Shown here: positions 28,150 through 38,040 of the stretch, piece by piece | How the letters are laid out: each line of letters opens with the position of its first letter | Position numbering within the stretch: the stretch's first letter is position 1 | DNA from: Spirochaetota bacterium | GTDB taxonomy: Bacteria; Spirochaetota; Spirochaetia; Treponematales; UBA12059 | Assembly (NCBI GenBank): GCA_018815555.1 | Contig: JAHIWF010000087.1 | Coordinates: forward strand, 35,117-99,116 | Direction of reading: 5' to 3' | DNA: 64,000 bases | Notes under the pieces: generated by a model | Database searches by the model: none | Seen by the model: only the letters and a program-made list of their open reading frames with translations | Told to the model about the DNA's origin: nothing | Program-made: the position numbers and the translations under genes

Positions 28150-30450
28150 TCAATAATCCATACCCAAAAATGGTAGTACCATTTTCTTCCTTCCGGCTAA
28201 TCGACCCAAGGCCTCATCTACCAAACCAATACAGGAGGGACAACCATTCTCACAACTGCATGAACTGATACGATTAGCAGCTTTGGCAAAAAGATCTTGC
28301 AAGTAAGGAGGCAAATTTTCTGCCAAACCTGTACCACCGGGATAGCGATCCCAGATATACAAAGACGGCACACCAAAATGTTCATCCCGGATATTCCAGC
28401 TTGTACCGATATCAACCCGGTCACATAGCAGGTGTAGAGGAGCAAGATTACGCAGCAGATAAGTGATGGCCGATAGCACGTGTGCCCGGGCAGCATCACT
28501 GGGCAAGGCGGCCAATCTTCTACCGAAACTGGTATCGCTACTGGCACTGAGCATGAGAGCTCGAGTTTGAATTTCTTCTGGCGGTAGATAAATTTCGCCA
28601 TAACCGATATTCTCATGGCTGTTAAAGCGTAATTTTTTGAATTTTTCTACTTGCGATCGCAGTAAAATATCTCCACAGACCTGGCGCAGATGGCCGTCAT
28701 TCAGGTCAAGATCTTCACTTAATACCTTAATATCGATTTTAACAACTGCATCGGTAAAATAATTGACATCACTCTCTACAACCTGACAGATGCGATTCTC
28801 TATATCCAGCTTGCGCACCATAAACTGGTTACCGCGGTGAATGTACACAGCATTGTCGTATAGATACTCCTTAGCGCCAGGACGATCCATCTCGCCTATT
28901 ACCTGATTGCGGCCGTCAGTTTCATCAATAATGACAACATTGTCAGCTGTCGCAGACCGTAGTGATAGTTTTTCTGCCGGGAAAGCACTGTCCGACCAGA
29001 ACCAGCGTCCTTGGGTTTTTCTGACCAGACCATCTTCCTGCAGATACTCCAGGGCAGCCTGAAGATCTGAACCGAACACATCGTTCTCGGAAAAAGGCAA
29101 TTCGAAAGCGGCACATTTAACATGATCCATATAAATATAAATATTATCCGGATTTATCTGACCGGATTCAGCAGCGTCGGCCAGGATTCGATCCGGATGC
29201 TCCAACAAAAATTGATCCATTGGAGCGCTTCCGGCAATAAAGAACTGCCAGGAAATGCCCTGCCTTCGCCCTGCCCGACCAGCCTGCTGCCGGAAAGAAG
29301 CAAGATTCCCCGGCCATCCAGCGATAACAGCAGCTTCAAGACCACCGATATCGATCCCCAGTTCCAGGGCATTTGTAGATACCACGCCATGAATATCGCC
29401 ATCCCGCAGGCCTTTTTCGATTGCCCGACGCTCATTCGGCAATAATCCTCCGCGATAGGGTTCTACCCTGATGCCATGATTTTCGGTAAATACATTTCGA
29501 AACTGTTCGTTTAGGTATGAGGCAATCAGTTCTACCTTCATGCGGGAGCGGGCGAAAAGTATGGTCTTGAGACCCTGGCGCAATAACCAGGCGGATAATT
29601 TTACCGATTCCAGGGCGGTACTTATTCTGATTCCCTGCACTACATCTGTGACCGGGGGGTTATATAACACAAGATAGCGCTCTGCCCTGGCAGCACCATT
29701 TTGGTTTATTAATTGAACCGGACGGCCGATAAGGGCTTCGGCAAGTTCTGCCGGATTGGCAATAGTCGCCGAACAGAAAATAAAGCGGGGCTCTGCTCCA
29801 TAAAACCTGGCAATGCGTAAAAGCCGCCGTATAACATTGGCCACATGACTACCAAAAACGCCTCGATACATGTGCATTTCGTCGATGACGATATATTTCA
29901 GGGCGGCGAAAAAACGGCTCCACTTGGCGTGATTGGGCAATATCCCGGAATGCAGCATATCAGGATTAGTAATAATGATTGATGCCTGTTCACGGGCCGT
30001 TTTTCGTATGCTCTGTGGAGTATCCCCATCATAGGTAACAGCCCGGACAGTCTGGGGCAGCGCCTGGAGCAGGGTATTTAACTCAGCCTGCTGATCCTGC
30101 GAGAGGGCTTTAGTCGGAAACAGGTAGAAGGCGCAAGCTGCTGGATCATGCAAGCGCTCCTGCACTACAGGCAGATTATAACAGAGGGTTTTGCCGCTGG
30201 CTGTAGGAGTTTCGATCACCACATCCTGTCCGGCACGAATTGCTGCCCAGGCCTGCAACTGATGGGTATACAGTTGATTAATTTCCCGTGAGCGCAACAT
30301 TCCCGCAAGTTCAGGAGCAAGATCGTCCGGGAAATCCGCAAGTTTTGCCGAGACGGCAGGTATCCGGCATATATGCGAAATATTGGCCGCAAAGGGACTG
30401 TCCCTTAAAAAATCAGGCATCATAGTACTGGCGTTATTCTGAAAGTCCAT
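28150..30450 (-). CDS. YprA/MrfA-like DEAD/DEAH-box helicase with C-terminal DUF1998 zinc module
   Basis: Motif I TPTASGKT, motif II IVIDEMH, motif III SAT, motif VI QQAGRAGRR, and C-terminal CSCENGCPSC. The ATG at 30450 (MDFQNNAST..) is preferred. The track start at 30564 would overlap glgC. Confidence 0.85.
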   Translation of the reverse strand: MDFQNNASTMMPDFLRDSPFAANISHICRIPAVSAKLADFPDDLAPELAGMLRSREINQLYTHQLQAWAAIRAGQDVVIETPTASGKTLCYNLPVVQERLHDPAACAFYLFPTKALSQDQQAELNTLLQALPQTVRAVTYDGDTPQSIRKTAREQASIIITNPDMLHSGILPNHAKWSRFFAALKYIVIDEMHMYRGVFGSHVANVIRRLLRIARFYGAEPRFIFCSATIANPAELAEALIGRPVQLINQNGAARAERYLVLYNPPVTDVVQGIRISTALESVKLSAWLLRQGLKTILFARSRMKVELIASYLNEQFRNVFTENHGIRVEPYRGGLLPNERRAIEKGLRDGDIHGVVSTNALELGIDIGGLEAAVIAGWPGNLASFRQQAGRAGRRQGISWQFFIAGSAPMDQFLLEHPDRILADAAESGQINPDNIYIYMDHVKCAAFELPFSENDVFGSDLQAALEYLQEDGLVRKTQGRWFWSDSAFPAEKLSLRSATADNVVIIDETDGRNQVIGEMDRPGAKEYLYDNAVYIHRGNQFMVRKLDIENRICQVVESDVNYFTDAVVKIDIKVLSEDLDLNDGHLRQVCGDILLRSQVEKFKKLRFNSHENIGYGEIYLPPEEIQTRALMLSASSDTSFGRRLAALPSDAARAHVLSAITYLLRNLAPLHLLCDRVDIGTSWNIRDEHFGVPSLYIWDRYPGGTGLAENLPPYLQDLFAKAANRISSCSCENGCPSCIGLVDEALGRLAGRKKMVLPFLGMDY

Positions 30451-30461
30451 TATACTATAAT
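30433..30461 (+). promoter_or_regulatory. candidate glgC promoter (perfect -10)
   Basis: TATAAT at 30456-30461 with a weak -35 (TTATTC/GTTATT). The predicted leader is about 50 nt and contains GGAGG 8 nt before the glgC ATG. Confidence 0.4.
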
Positions 30462-30485
30462 ACAGAAAACAAGGATTCAGGTAAA
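30457..30485 (-). promoter_or_regulatory. candidate promoter abutting the helicase start codon (leaderless geometry)
   Basis: The minus strand reads TTTACC (30485-30480), a 17-nt spacer, TATTAT (30462-30457), then 6 nt, then the ATG at 30450. There is no SD. Its -10 almost fully overlaps the glgC -10 on the other strand. Confidence 0.45.
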
Positions 30486-30520
30486 TGGACATGAACCTGG
30501 GATCTGTGGAGGTAGCAACA

Positions 30521-31792
30521 ATGCAACGGGTATTATCAATCGTATTAGGTGGCGGTAAAGGCACCAGGCTTTATCCGCTCACCAAAAGTCGTTCAAAACC
30601 AGCGGTGCCCTTCGGAGGGAAATACCGGATTGTGGATATTCCAATTTCCAACTGTATCAATTCCGGCTTTAAGCAGATTTATATTTTAACGCAATTCAAT
30701 TCAGCCTCATTGCATCTTCATATCGCCCGAAGTTATGTCTTTGACAATTTTACAAACGGCTTTGTAGAGATTCTGGCAGCAGAGCAAACACTAACCCACT
30801 CCGGTTGGTTTGAAGGTACCGCCGATGCTGTTCGCAAAAATCTCATACACTTTCGGCCGCAAAAACCCACTCATTATCTGATTCTTTCCGGAGATCAATT
30901 ATACCGGATGGATCTGGCTGATATGATGAAAAAACACATAGAATCCAAAGCGCCGCTGACTATTGCCTGTACTTCAGTAACCCGAGCCGATGCCAGTGAT
31001 TTTGGCATTACTAAAATCGATGCAAAGTCACGTATTACAGAATTTCAGGAAAAACCCGGACCAGATAAGGATATATCTGATTACCGGATCCCGGATAAGT
31101 TTATCAACCCCAAAAAGCCGCAGAAAGAATATCTGGCATCCATGGGTATTTATATCTTTAATGCGGAGCTTATGGAAAAATCCCTCGAAGGTACGGACAA
31201 TGACTTCGGTAAAGAAGTCATCCCGGCAATTTTGAACAAGCATCCGATAAATGCCTATATTTTTGATGGTTACTGGGAAGATATAGGAACTATCCGCAGT
31301 TTCTATGACGCCAACATCGATCTTGCCTCAATTGCGCCTGAATTTAATTTTTATGATGAGAACAACCCCATCTATACCCATCGCCGCAATCTTCCGGCAT
31401 CGAAGCTTAATTACTGTACCCTCAATCAGGCGTTAACTGCCGATGGCTGTATCATTACCAATGCCTCGATAGCTTCGTCGCTGGTTGGCATCAGAACCGT
31501 TATCGAAACCGGTGCCAGCCTTGACGGTGTGGTATGCATGGGTGCGGATCAATACGAAACATTGGAAGACAGAGCTCAAAATGCCTCAAAAGGGATTCCA
31601 AATATCGGCATCGGACACGGCACTATCATAAAGCGGGCAATTATCGATAAAAACGCCAGAATTGGTTCTAATTGCAGAATTGGAATAGATTCCGAGACCA
31701 GAGTAGATGGTGATTTCGGTAATTACTACGTTGTAGATGGTATTATTGTGATACCCAAAGACGCTGTTATTCCGAATGGGTCGACGTTCTAG
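30521..31792 (+). CDS. glgC: glucose-1-phosphate adenylyltransferase
   Basis: MQRVLSIVLGGGKGTRLYPLTKSRSKPAVPFGGKYRIVDI is the canonical GlgC N-terminus. GGAGG lies 8 nt upstream of the ATG at 30521. Confidence 0.9.
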   Translation: MQRVLSIVLGGGKGTRLYPLTKSRSKPAVPFGGKYRIVDIPISNCINSGFKQIYILTQFNSASLHLHIARSYVFDNFTNGFVEILAAEQTLTHSGWFEGTADAVRKNLIHFRPQKPTHYLILSGDQLYRMDLADMMKKHIESKAPLTIACTSVTRADASDFGITKIDAKSRITEFQEKPGPDKDISDYRIPDKFINPKKPQKEYLASMGIYIFNAELMEKSLEGTDNDFGKEVIPAILNKHPINAYIFDGYWEDIGTIRSFYDANIDLASIAPEFNFYDENNPIYTHRRNLPASKLNYCTLNQALTADGCIITNASIASSLVGIRTVIETGASLDGVVCMGADQYETLEDRAQNASKGIPNIGIGHGTIIKRAIIDKNARIGSNCRIGIDSETRVDGDFGNYYVVDGIIVIPKDAVIPNGSTF

Positions 31793-31814
31793 ACTGCCTG
31801 AAAGCGAAGGGCCG

Positions 31815-31847
31815 GCTGCTCCATGCACGTTTTGGAGCAGCTTTTTT
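31815..31847 (+). terminator. intrinsic terminator after glgC
   Basis: GCTGCTCCA (31815-31823), a 9-nt loop, TGGAGCAGC (31833-31841), then T6. The T-tract overlaps the stop of the convergent 1020-aa gene. Confidence 0.8.
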
Positions 31848-34800
31848 ATTTACCCTGAATGATCTGGTGCCCAATATGTGGATATCTGAATACATCGAAT
31901 AGTACAGCGCTGCCATTGCAACGTGACCTGGGGGACAAGAAGCGCATGCCTTTCTCCACGGGCAGAAAAGTCTGAGCGGGATCTTCGATGAAATTAGTCA
32001 TAAAAACCGGAGCCTCAGCAAGTCCGGAGAAAAGAGCAGCTAAGGGGGTAGCTTTTTGCATGGACTCATTCAGGATTGCCAGTGTCGGCATGGACACAGC
32101 GCCTTGAACCCAGTTTGCAAAGCCCCAGAAACAGTTTGAAGTAACGAAGAAATCATTTTGATTGGCTGTCTGCAAGAATATACCCTCAAGGGCGGAATTA
32201 CTGATAATGGAATTAACCAACAATAGCCGACTCTTATTGAGTGAACCAAAAAGGGTACTGCGGCCTTGAATTATAAATGTGGACGAAAAAACATGGGCAT
32301 CGGAATCATTTTGAAGCAGGAATAATTCACTATTACCGTTCCAATTTAATGAAACATAGTTATTTACCCATGACACATCAGAGCCGAGTGCACGAATCAG
32401 TCGGCACGAAGAGCTGCCGTTTTGAATTGACATGACAGAATTTGATAGCTCCAAGCGGGAGTTCTGTAGGTTAAACCCTGAAAAGGCCATGGCTGGGTTA
32501 AAACCAGCCTGTACTCGATCAAGAATAAGTTGACTTTGTTCGGCCATAACCAGTTCAAAGAAACGAATCGATGATGAAACTTGTAGTTGAAGGCCGTTCA
32601 CCACAAGGTTGACGGCAGTAAAGCTGAAAAGACGGGTGGTGATTGCCTTATCAACGGTAACCTTTACATTGGCCATATTAAAATCAGAATCAAGAGCATT
32701 AATCCAAGGACTATCGATCTCGCCGGAAAAATCAAGCATCACATTTCGCAAGTTAAAGTCGGAGGATATAATTGCAAAAACTGATGATCCGGAAGCCGGT
32801 CGATCGATGGACAGGCGCAGGTTGGCTAATGTACATGACGCCTGGTTTAGCTGCAATATCGGTGCTGAGGGATGGTAATCCGCATGTAAGCTTAAGTTCG
32901 AGTATGTCCCTACACCTTCTGACCAATTCTCGGTATATCCGCCGATTATTTCAACTTCCGAGTTGATCAGCAATGTAGCTGTGCATATCAGGTCACCATG
33001 GATTAAAATACGTTTGCGCAGACTGCGTGAGGATAATTCCAGCGCATCCTTAAGGTTGGCAAAAGGCGCCATTGGCGACCCATCGCCGGGAACCTGTGAG
33101 CCGGTATCAACATAGATGGACTGCGGATCCAGAATATAGGTAGCCATCGCGTCAAGCTTTGATCGATTACCATATTGGTCGACTGAATAAGCCTGTATTG
33201 AATAGGCTTGCCGCTTGCCGCTATTACTGTTTACAAGGACCGGCTCCCGATATTTTACATAATCTAAGGGGGCGCTTCCTTCGGCATGTATACGGTAATA
33301 TACTTCATTATTGTCAGCAGTAGTAAAACTCAATATAAAACTATTATTATTCTGAACATCACCAATCACCGAAATACCCGGAGGCGTCGGCATGATGCCA
33401 TTCAAAGAAAATTGTAGTAATCGCTCCTGCCCTGGCGTACCTGCGGCATCAAAAGGAACAAGCCGAACCTGAAAATTATCTGTCTGCCCTTCGGGTACAG
33501 AAAATTCCAGAGAACTTGCCATAAGTTCCGAATTCTGGTTTACAGCTGCAGCTGTTTGATTAATACCGACACTGTAACGAATGGTCTCGGGAGATTCAGC
33601 TAAAAGCCGGACAGTACGACCGTACATACCATTGTTGACTACCCCATACAATTCCGGCTCGAAGCGTCGCTGTGGAACAAAAAGAGTCTGTACATGCAAT
33701 GCAGTACGCGCTCCGCTTTCATTATTGTAAGCATACCAGGCTAGGCGGGATTCCTGCAGTTTAAATGGAAGAACGAAGGGTGTCTCGTATTCAGTTTCAC
33801 CGCTATTATTAAGATTATACATCAGGCTATTGTGAGGATCATTCCAGCTTATAAGCCAGCCATTATCGAGTAGCTTAATTTCTGGCGCATGTGATGACAA
33901 TATATTGCTGGAAGTGTGGGCTTGCTGACTTATTGGGAGGTTTTCTATTTCTTCTGAGGTATATACCAAACGTCGGTACACGATAGAGCTTGCTTCCTGT
34001 TGCGCAATATAGAGCTGCACTTCTTCTGCATAATTAGCCGGATATGGAATTGCCAGTACTGTCTTTCCGGAGCTGACAACGAAGTTGGCAAAGCTGCTTA
34101 GGTCCGTGGGAATATTCTCCCCGAAAGCGCAGTACAAAAGCTCAGCCGTACTGCCTATCTCAAGATAGAGCTGCGTATCAGATCGATTGAGCAATCTGGC
34201 TGATAAATTAGAATCATCAGAATCCAGCTGAACAAAAGGTAATTTAAGTGCGGAATCTATAGCCTTGAATGGAAATGACGGAGAAAAGCCTTCTGGCAGG
34301 AGGCGCCAGGTACGAACCGAAATAGGGCCCGTCTTGCCTTCGGCATTCTGCGTATAAGCGGCAACAGTCAGCTCCCAAGTGCGGTCTGGATATGCAAGGT
34401 AGCGCGGTGGCTGAAGTGGGTTAAATTCCACAAAACCAGTACTGGCATCGTGGCAGACGAAAATACGACTTCCGGCTTGCAGCAGATCCATGTCAAAGTC
34501 AAGTTTCAGTTGGCCGTAGATGTCACCAGCCTCAGTAACAAAGCGAGGAGCCTCCGGTCGCATCCGATTTATGGTATAATCATAGCGCCGAACCGTCAGT
34601 TCCGGATTATTACGTTGACGTATATACACCGTGTAGCCGCGTTTTTCTCCCGGGAAACTATCCAGCGTGAGAATCTTATCAAGCAAAACCCAGCTTTGGG
34701 TTTCGCTAAAACGATATTCACAGAGCTGGTTGAATGAAAAGGCAAATGGGATTATGCGGACAGGCTCTGAATAGGTGCCGGCAGGGGGCAAAGTAACGCT

Positions 34801-34908
34801 GGAAAAGGCAGAAGGTTCCGGCTCAGTTGTCTGCCCATAGGCATCAGGTGGCAGCAGTGAAAAAACACCTAGTAGAAATAAGCCAAGAAGTGCCGCAACC
34901 CTGGTCAT
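31846..34908 (-). CDS. large secreted protein: repeated chitobiase/hexosaminidase-C-like (Ig-like) modules plus C-terminal right-handed beta-helix region
   Basis: Signal peptide MTRVAALLGLFLLGVFSLLPPDAYGQ. Recurrent GxYxEPVxI-type motifs (YSEPVRIIP, YETPFVLPF, YREPVLVNS). DGSPMAPFANLKDALELS, followed by Asn/Ser/Leu-rich periodic segments, is typical of parallel beta-helix proteins. Domain calls are by eye. Confidence 0.75.
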   Translation of the reverse strand: MTRVAALLGLFLLGVFSLLPPDAYGQTTEPEPSAFSSVTLPPAGTYSEPVRIIPFAFSFNQLCEYRFSETQSWVLLDKILTLDSFPGEKRGYTVYIRQRNNPELTVRRYDYTINRMRPEAPRFVTEAGDIYGQLKLDFDMDLLQAGSRIFVCHDASTGFVEFNPLQPPRYLAYPDRTWELTVAAYTQNAEGKTGPISVRTWRLLPEGFSPSFPFKAIDSALKLPFVQLDSDDSNLSARLLNRSDTQLYLEIGSTAELLYCAFGENIPTDLSSFANFVVSSGKTVLAIPYPANYAEEVQLYIAQQEASSIVYRRLVYTSEEIENLPISQQAHTSSNILSSHAPEIKLLDNGWLISWNDPHNSLMYNLNNSGETEYETPFVLPFKLQESRLAWYAYNNESGARTALHVQTLFVPQRRFEPELYGVVNNGMYGRTVRLLAESPETIRYSVGINQTAAAVNQNSELMASSLEFSVPEGQTDNFQVRLVPFDAAGTPGQERLLQFSLNGIMPTPPGISVIGDVQNNNSFILSFTTADNNEVYYRIHAEGSAPLDYVKYREPVLVNSNSGKRQAYSIQAYSVDQYGNRSKLDAMATYILDPQSIYVDTGSQVPGDGSPMAPFANLKDALELSSRSLRKRILIHGDLICTATLLINSEVEIIGGYTENWSEGVGTYSNLSLHADYHPSAPILQLNQASCTLANLRLSIDRPASGSSVFAIISSDFNLRNVMLDFSGEIDSPWINALDSDFNMANVKVTVDKAITTRLFSFTAVNLVVNGLQLQVSSSIRFFELVMAEQSQLILDRVQAGFNPAMAFSGFNLQNSRLELSNSVMSIQNGSSSCRLIRALGSDVSWVNNYVSLNWNGNSELFLLQNDSDAHVFSSTFIIQGRSTLFGSLNKSRLLLVNSIISNSALEGIFLQTANQNDFFVTSNCFWGFANWVQGAVSMPTLAILNESMQKATPLAALFSGLAEAPVFMTNFIEDPAQTFLPVEKGMRFLSPRSRCNGSAVLFDVFRYPHIGHQIIQGK

Positions 34909-35510
34909 TTTTTCAGAATTGCTAAAATGGATTTAAGCTCGGGGTCTTCCGGATAATAATGTTCCAATAGTTCGTGCTCGGTTAGTCCAACCAATTCATG
35001 ACTCATGTAATGAACCCATCTTTCATCCGAGGCCGAGCTTAATTCATGACGACGGCACCAGTAGTCAGGTTGTATTGGCAACATCTCATCTTTATACTTA
35101 AATATCTTATAATCATGAACCGCTATTTTAAGATGTTTCCGCGGGACACCGTGTTTAAGGATTATGTCAGCTAAATGATTTATAGTTCTGCCGGAATCAA
35201 AAATGTCATCAACCAAAAGTACTCTGTCGCCGGTACGAAGATATTCCGGCGAGTAGGTCCAGCCATCTACTCTAACCTGTTCATGTTCATGAACATCAGT
35301 ATATGACCGCGCTACAACCGCGGCATAAAATACCGGGCGATCGTCTTTGCGGATCAATTTGAAGTATTCGGAGATAACATTGCCTAAATATGCTCCGCCA
35401 CGCAAAGATACATAGATGACATCCGGAATAAAACCATCTAAGGCTATCCGGTGCGCCAATTTTAATGAATTATTGCGAATTGTATCATAGCTGATGAACT
35501 CTTTACTCAT
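34905..35510 (-). CDS. phosphoribosyltransferase (purine PRT-like)
   Basis: PRPP-binding loop RVLLVDDIFDSGRT. The stop overlaps the start of the 1020-aa gene (ATGA). Confidence 0.8.
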   Translation of the reverse strand: MSKEFISYDTIRNNSLKLAHRIALDGFIPDVIYVSLRGGAYLGNVISEYFKLIRKDDRPVFYAAVVARSYTDVHEHEQVRVDGWTYSPEYLRTGDRVLLVDDIFDSGRTINHLADIILKHGVPRKHLKIAVHDYKIFKYKDEMLPIQPDYWCRRHELSSASDERWVHYMSHELVGLTEHELLEHYYPEDPELKSILAILKK

Positions 35511-35614
35511 GTTAACCCCACTTCAGGCAGTTGAAGGAGGTGCCGCTACACACTCCCGAATACTGCTACCAAACACCTTAATAACTGTCCGGCAGCAGTA
35601 TCTTTACTTTAGCA

Positions 35615-37135
35615 CTACTTGCGTACTAAAGCAAGAGTTGTCAGAGTTTGCCCTTCCCGGAGAATGGTAAATTGAAGACTTGCCATACTTTGATCATTGA
35701 GCAAGCGATAAAAATCCTGTAAATTCCGGACATTTTTTTCATTGACTGCAGTTATAATATCTCCGGCCCTAAGCGATAGTGTTACCACCGGGGTTCGCGG
35801 AATGATGCTCGAAACAACAACACCAGAAACCGACCGGTCCAGTTTCAGCTGACTGCGAACCAGGTCAGTAATGGCACTGACTTCCATTCCCGGCCATAAT
35901 CCGGAATAATCCTGAGCGTCGGGAGTTTTGCGCTCCTCGATACGAACCTTGATTTCGCGTGCTTTTCCATCCCTCATTATACTGAAAAGGGCATCGGTTC
36001 CAGCAGGCAGATCACCTACCATACGGATCAATTGCTCAGTTGAACTTACTGTACGGCCATCGATAGCGGTAACAAAGTCACCAGCTTGCAATCCACTTTT
36101 TGCTGCGGGGCCGCTGCTGAATATGCTGCCGATCATCGAGCCGCGAGCCTGTTCCTGAAGCCCTAAACTGCCTAGGGTATTGCGGTCTGCAGTCTGGAGT
36201 AAAACACCCAGCCAGCCATACTTTACCGAACCATCACTTATGATATCATCAATCGTCCGCTTGGCATTATTGATAGGGATGGAAAACCCCAACCCGATAC
36301 TTCCACCGGTTGGAGAAGCGATCCAGGTATTGATTCCCACCACCTCACCACGAATATTGACCAAGGCACCGCCCGAATTGCCGCGATTAATAGCAGCATC
36401 AGTCTGGATGAAATCGCTGATATTACCATCTGGGCCACCATCACGCCCAAGCGCACTTACGATACCAGTGGTAACAGACGAAAAGAGCCCAAAAGGACTG
36501 CCAATTGCAATGGCCCAATCTCCTACTTTAAGTTTTTCAGAGTCTCCGAGTGAGGCTACCCGAATATCAGTACGATTGGTTTGAAACGACACGACAGCCA
36601 GGTCGCGACGTTCGTCTGTACCCAATAGGGTACCTTCAAAATCCTCTTCATCGAACAGGCGGATAGTAATCTTGGTGGCACCTTCTACAACATGTGTATT
36701 TGTTAATACATAGACAGTGCGTCCAGACTTGCGCACTATTATTCCCGATCCAAGCCCTTCTGAAGGCTGAACCTGAGGGCCATTCCCCTCCCCTTCTTCA
36801 GGATCACCAAAAAAGAAACGCCATGGCAGCTCGTTGCCATTTGAACCACCGATAGAGCTTTCTGACACAACCTGCAGCTCAACAACAGAAGGCCTGACTG
36901 TATTGGCAACATAATTAAAGGCCAATTGTAATGCTTCTGCCGTTTGTATGGCTTGTGTTACTGCTGTTCCTGGTTCTGGCAATGTCTCTGCTTTTACCTC
37001 CGCAGGACTGCTCCCATTACGATTTCCAAAACCTGCAAAGGCCAGGAACGCAGCAGTAAAGCCGAGCATAATACCGATTAAAACAAGATTAACCAGAAAA
37101 AATTTTCTCGAGAATAATTTTTTTGTAAAAGACAT
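35615..37135 (-). CDS. htrA: periplasmic serine endoprotease HtrA/DegP family, two PDZ domains
   Basis: Catalytic triad context TNTHVV, DLAVV and GNSGGALVN. N-terminal TM/signal, plus two PDZ-like segments in the C-terminal half. Confidence 0.9.
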   Translation of the reverse strand: MSFTKKLFSRKFFLVNLVLIGIMLGFTAAFLAFAGFGNRNGSSPAEVKAETLPEPGTAVTQAIQTAEALQLAFNYVANTVRPSVVELQVVSESSIGGSNGNELPWRFFFGDPEEGEGNGPQVQPSEGLGSGIIVRKSGRTVYVLTNTHVVEGATKITIRLFDEEDFEGTLLGTDERRDLAVVSFQTNRTDIRVASLGDSEKLKVGDWAIAIGSPFGLFSSVTTGIVSALGRDGGPDGNISDFIQTDAAINRGNSGGALVNIRGEVVGINTWIASPTGGSIGLGFSIPINNAKRTIDDIISDGSVKYGWLGVLLQTADRNTLGSLGLQEQARGSMIGSIFSSGPAAKSGLQAGDFVTAIDGRTVSSTEQLIRMVGDLPAGTDALFSIMRDGKAREIKVRIEERKTPDAQDYSGLWPGMEVSAITDLVRSQLKLDRSVSGVVVSSIIPRTPVVTLSLRAGDIITAVNEKNVRNLQDFYRLLNDQSMASLQFTILREGQTLTTLALVRK

Positions 37136-37252
37136 AAAACTCCCCTTATACTTTGGCCAGCATTATCTGTCCGGGAGATACCGGAAGCTGTTCAACGAAA
37201 TCCAACACAAATATAATACTAAAAAACCCGGGTGGTTACTGTAAAAATCTCT

Positions 37253-37999
37253 TTACCAATGAGTCAGGACTTCGACTCCATGTGCGCTTACTGCTATGGT
37301 ATGCTCATAATGGGCTGACATACTGCGATCTCGAGTTACCACGGTCCAGCCATCATCAAGATCATAGACATCACCAGTACCTGCATTAATCATAGGCTCG
37401 ATAGCCAATACCATGCCGGGTACAATGCGAGGATTGGGGCCAGCACTTACATAATTTGGAACTTGAGGATCTTCATGCTGTGAAAAGCCAACACCATGGC
37501 CGCAATATTGCCGAACTACTCCATAGCCATGAGCCTTAGCATGGGAAAAAACCGCACGAGAAATCGCACTGATTCGGCTTCCTACCTCTACCGCTTTTAT
37601 TGCCCGATCCAGACATTCTCTGGTAACACGCATAAGCTTCTCTGTTTCGTCGCTTACCGGAGGCATTCCGAGACTGAAAGCGGCATCACTGAAATAACCA
37701 CACAGGTCAATTCCACAGTCGATTCCAACCAAATCTGATTCACGAACGATGCGCTTGCCGGGCAAACCGTGGATTACTTCCTCATTAATTGAAATACATA
37801 GTGTTGACGGATAATCCATATAGCCAAGGAAGGCAGGCTTGCCTCCGTGGTCAAAAATAAAGTCATGCGCAAATTTATCCAATTCGGCTGTAACTGCACC
37901 GGGTTTTATCAGTGGTTTTAATTCTGCATACATTTCAGAAAGTAATGTACAGGACTTTCTGATTCCTTCAAGTTGCTCTTCGTTTTTCAGTCGTATCAT
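37253..37999 (-). CDS. map: type I methionine aminopeptidase
   Basis: Metal ligands in the contexts VGIDCGIDLCGYFSD, GHGVG, LAIEPM and YEHT. 248 aa. Confidence 0.95.
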   Translation of the reverse strand: MIRLKNEEQLEGIRKSCTLLSEMYAELKPLIKPGAVTAELDKFAHDFIFDHGGKPAFLGYMDYPSTLCISINEEVIHGLPGKRIVRESDLVGIDCGIDLCGYFSDAAFSLGMPPVSDETEKLMRVTRECLDRAIKAVEVGSRISAISRAVFSHAKAHGYGVVRQYCGHGVGFSQHEDPQVPNYVSAGPNPRIVPGMVLAIEPMINAGTGDVYDLDDGWTVVTRDRSMSAHYEHTIAVSAHGVEVLTHW

Positions 38000-38040
38000 A
38001 TTTTTATCCCTTCAGAAGCAAGCGAATATTATTCTTGATT

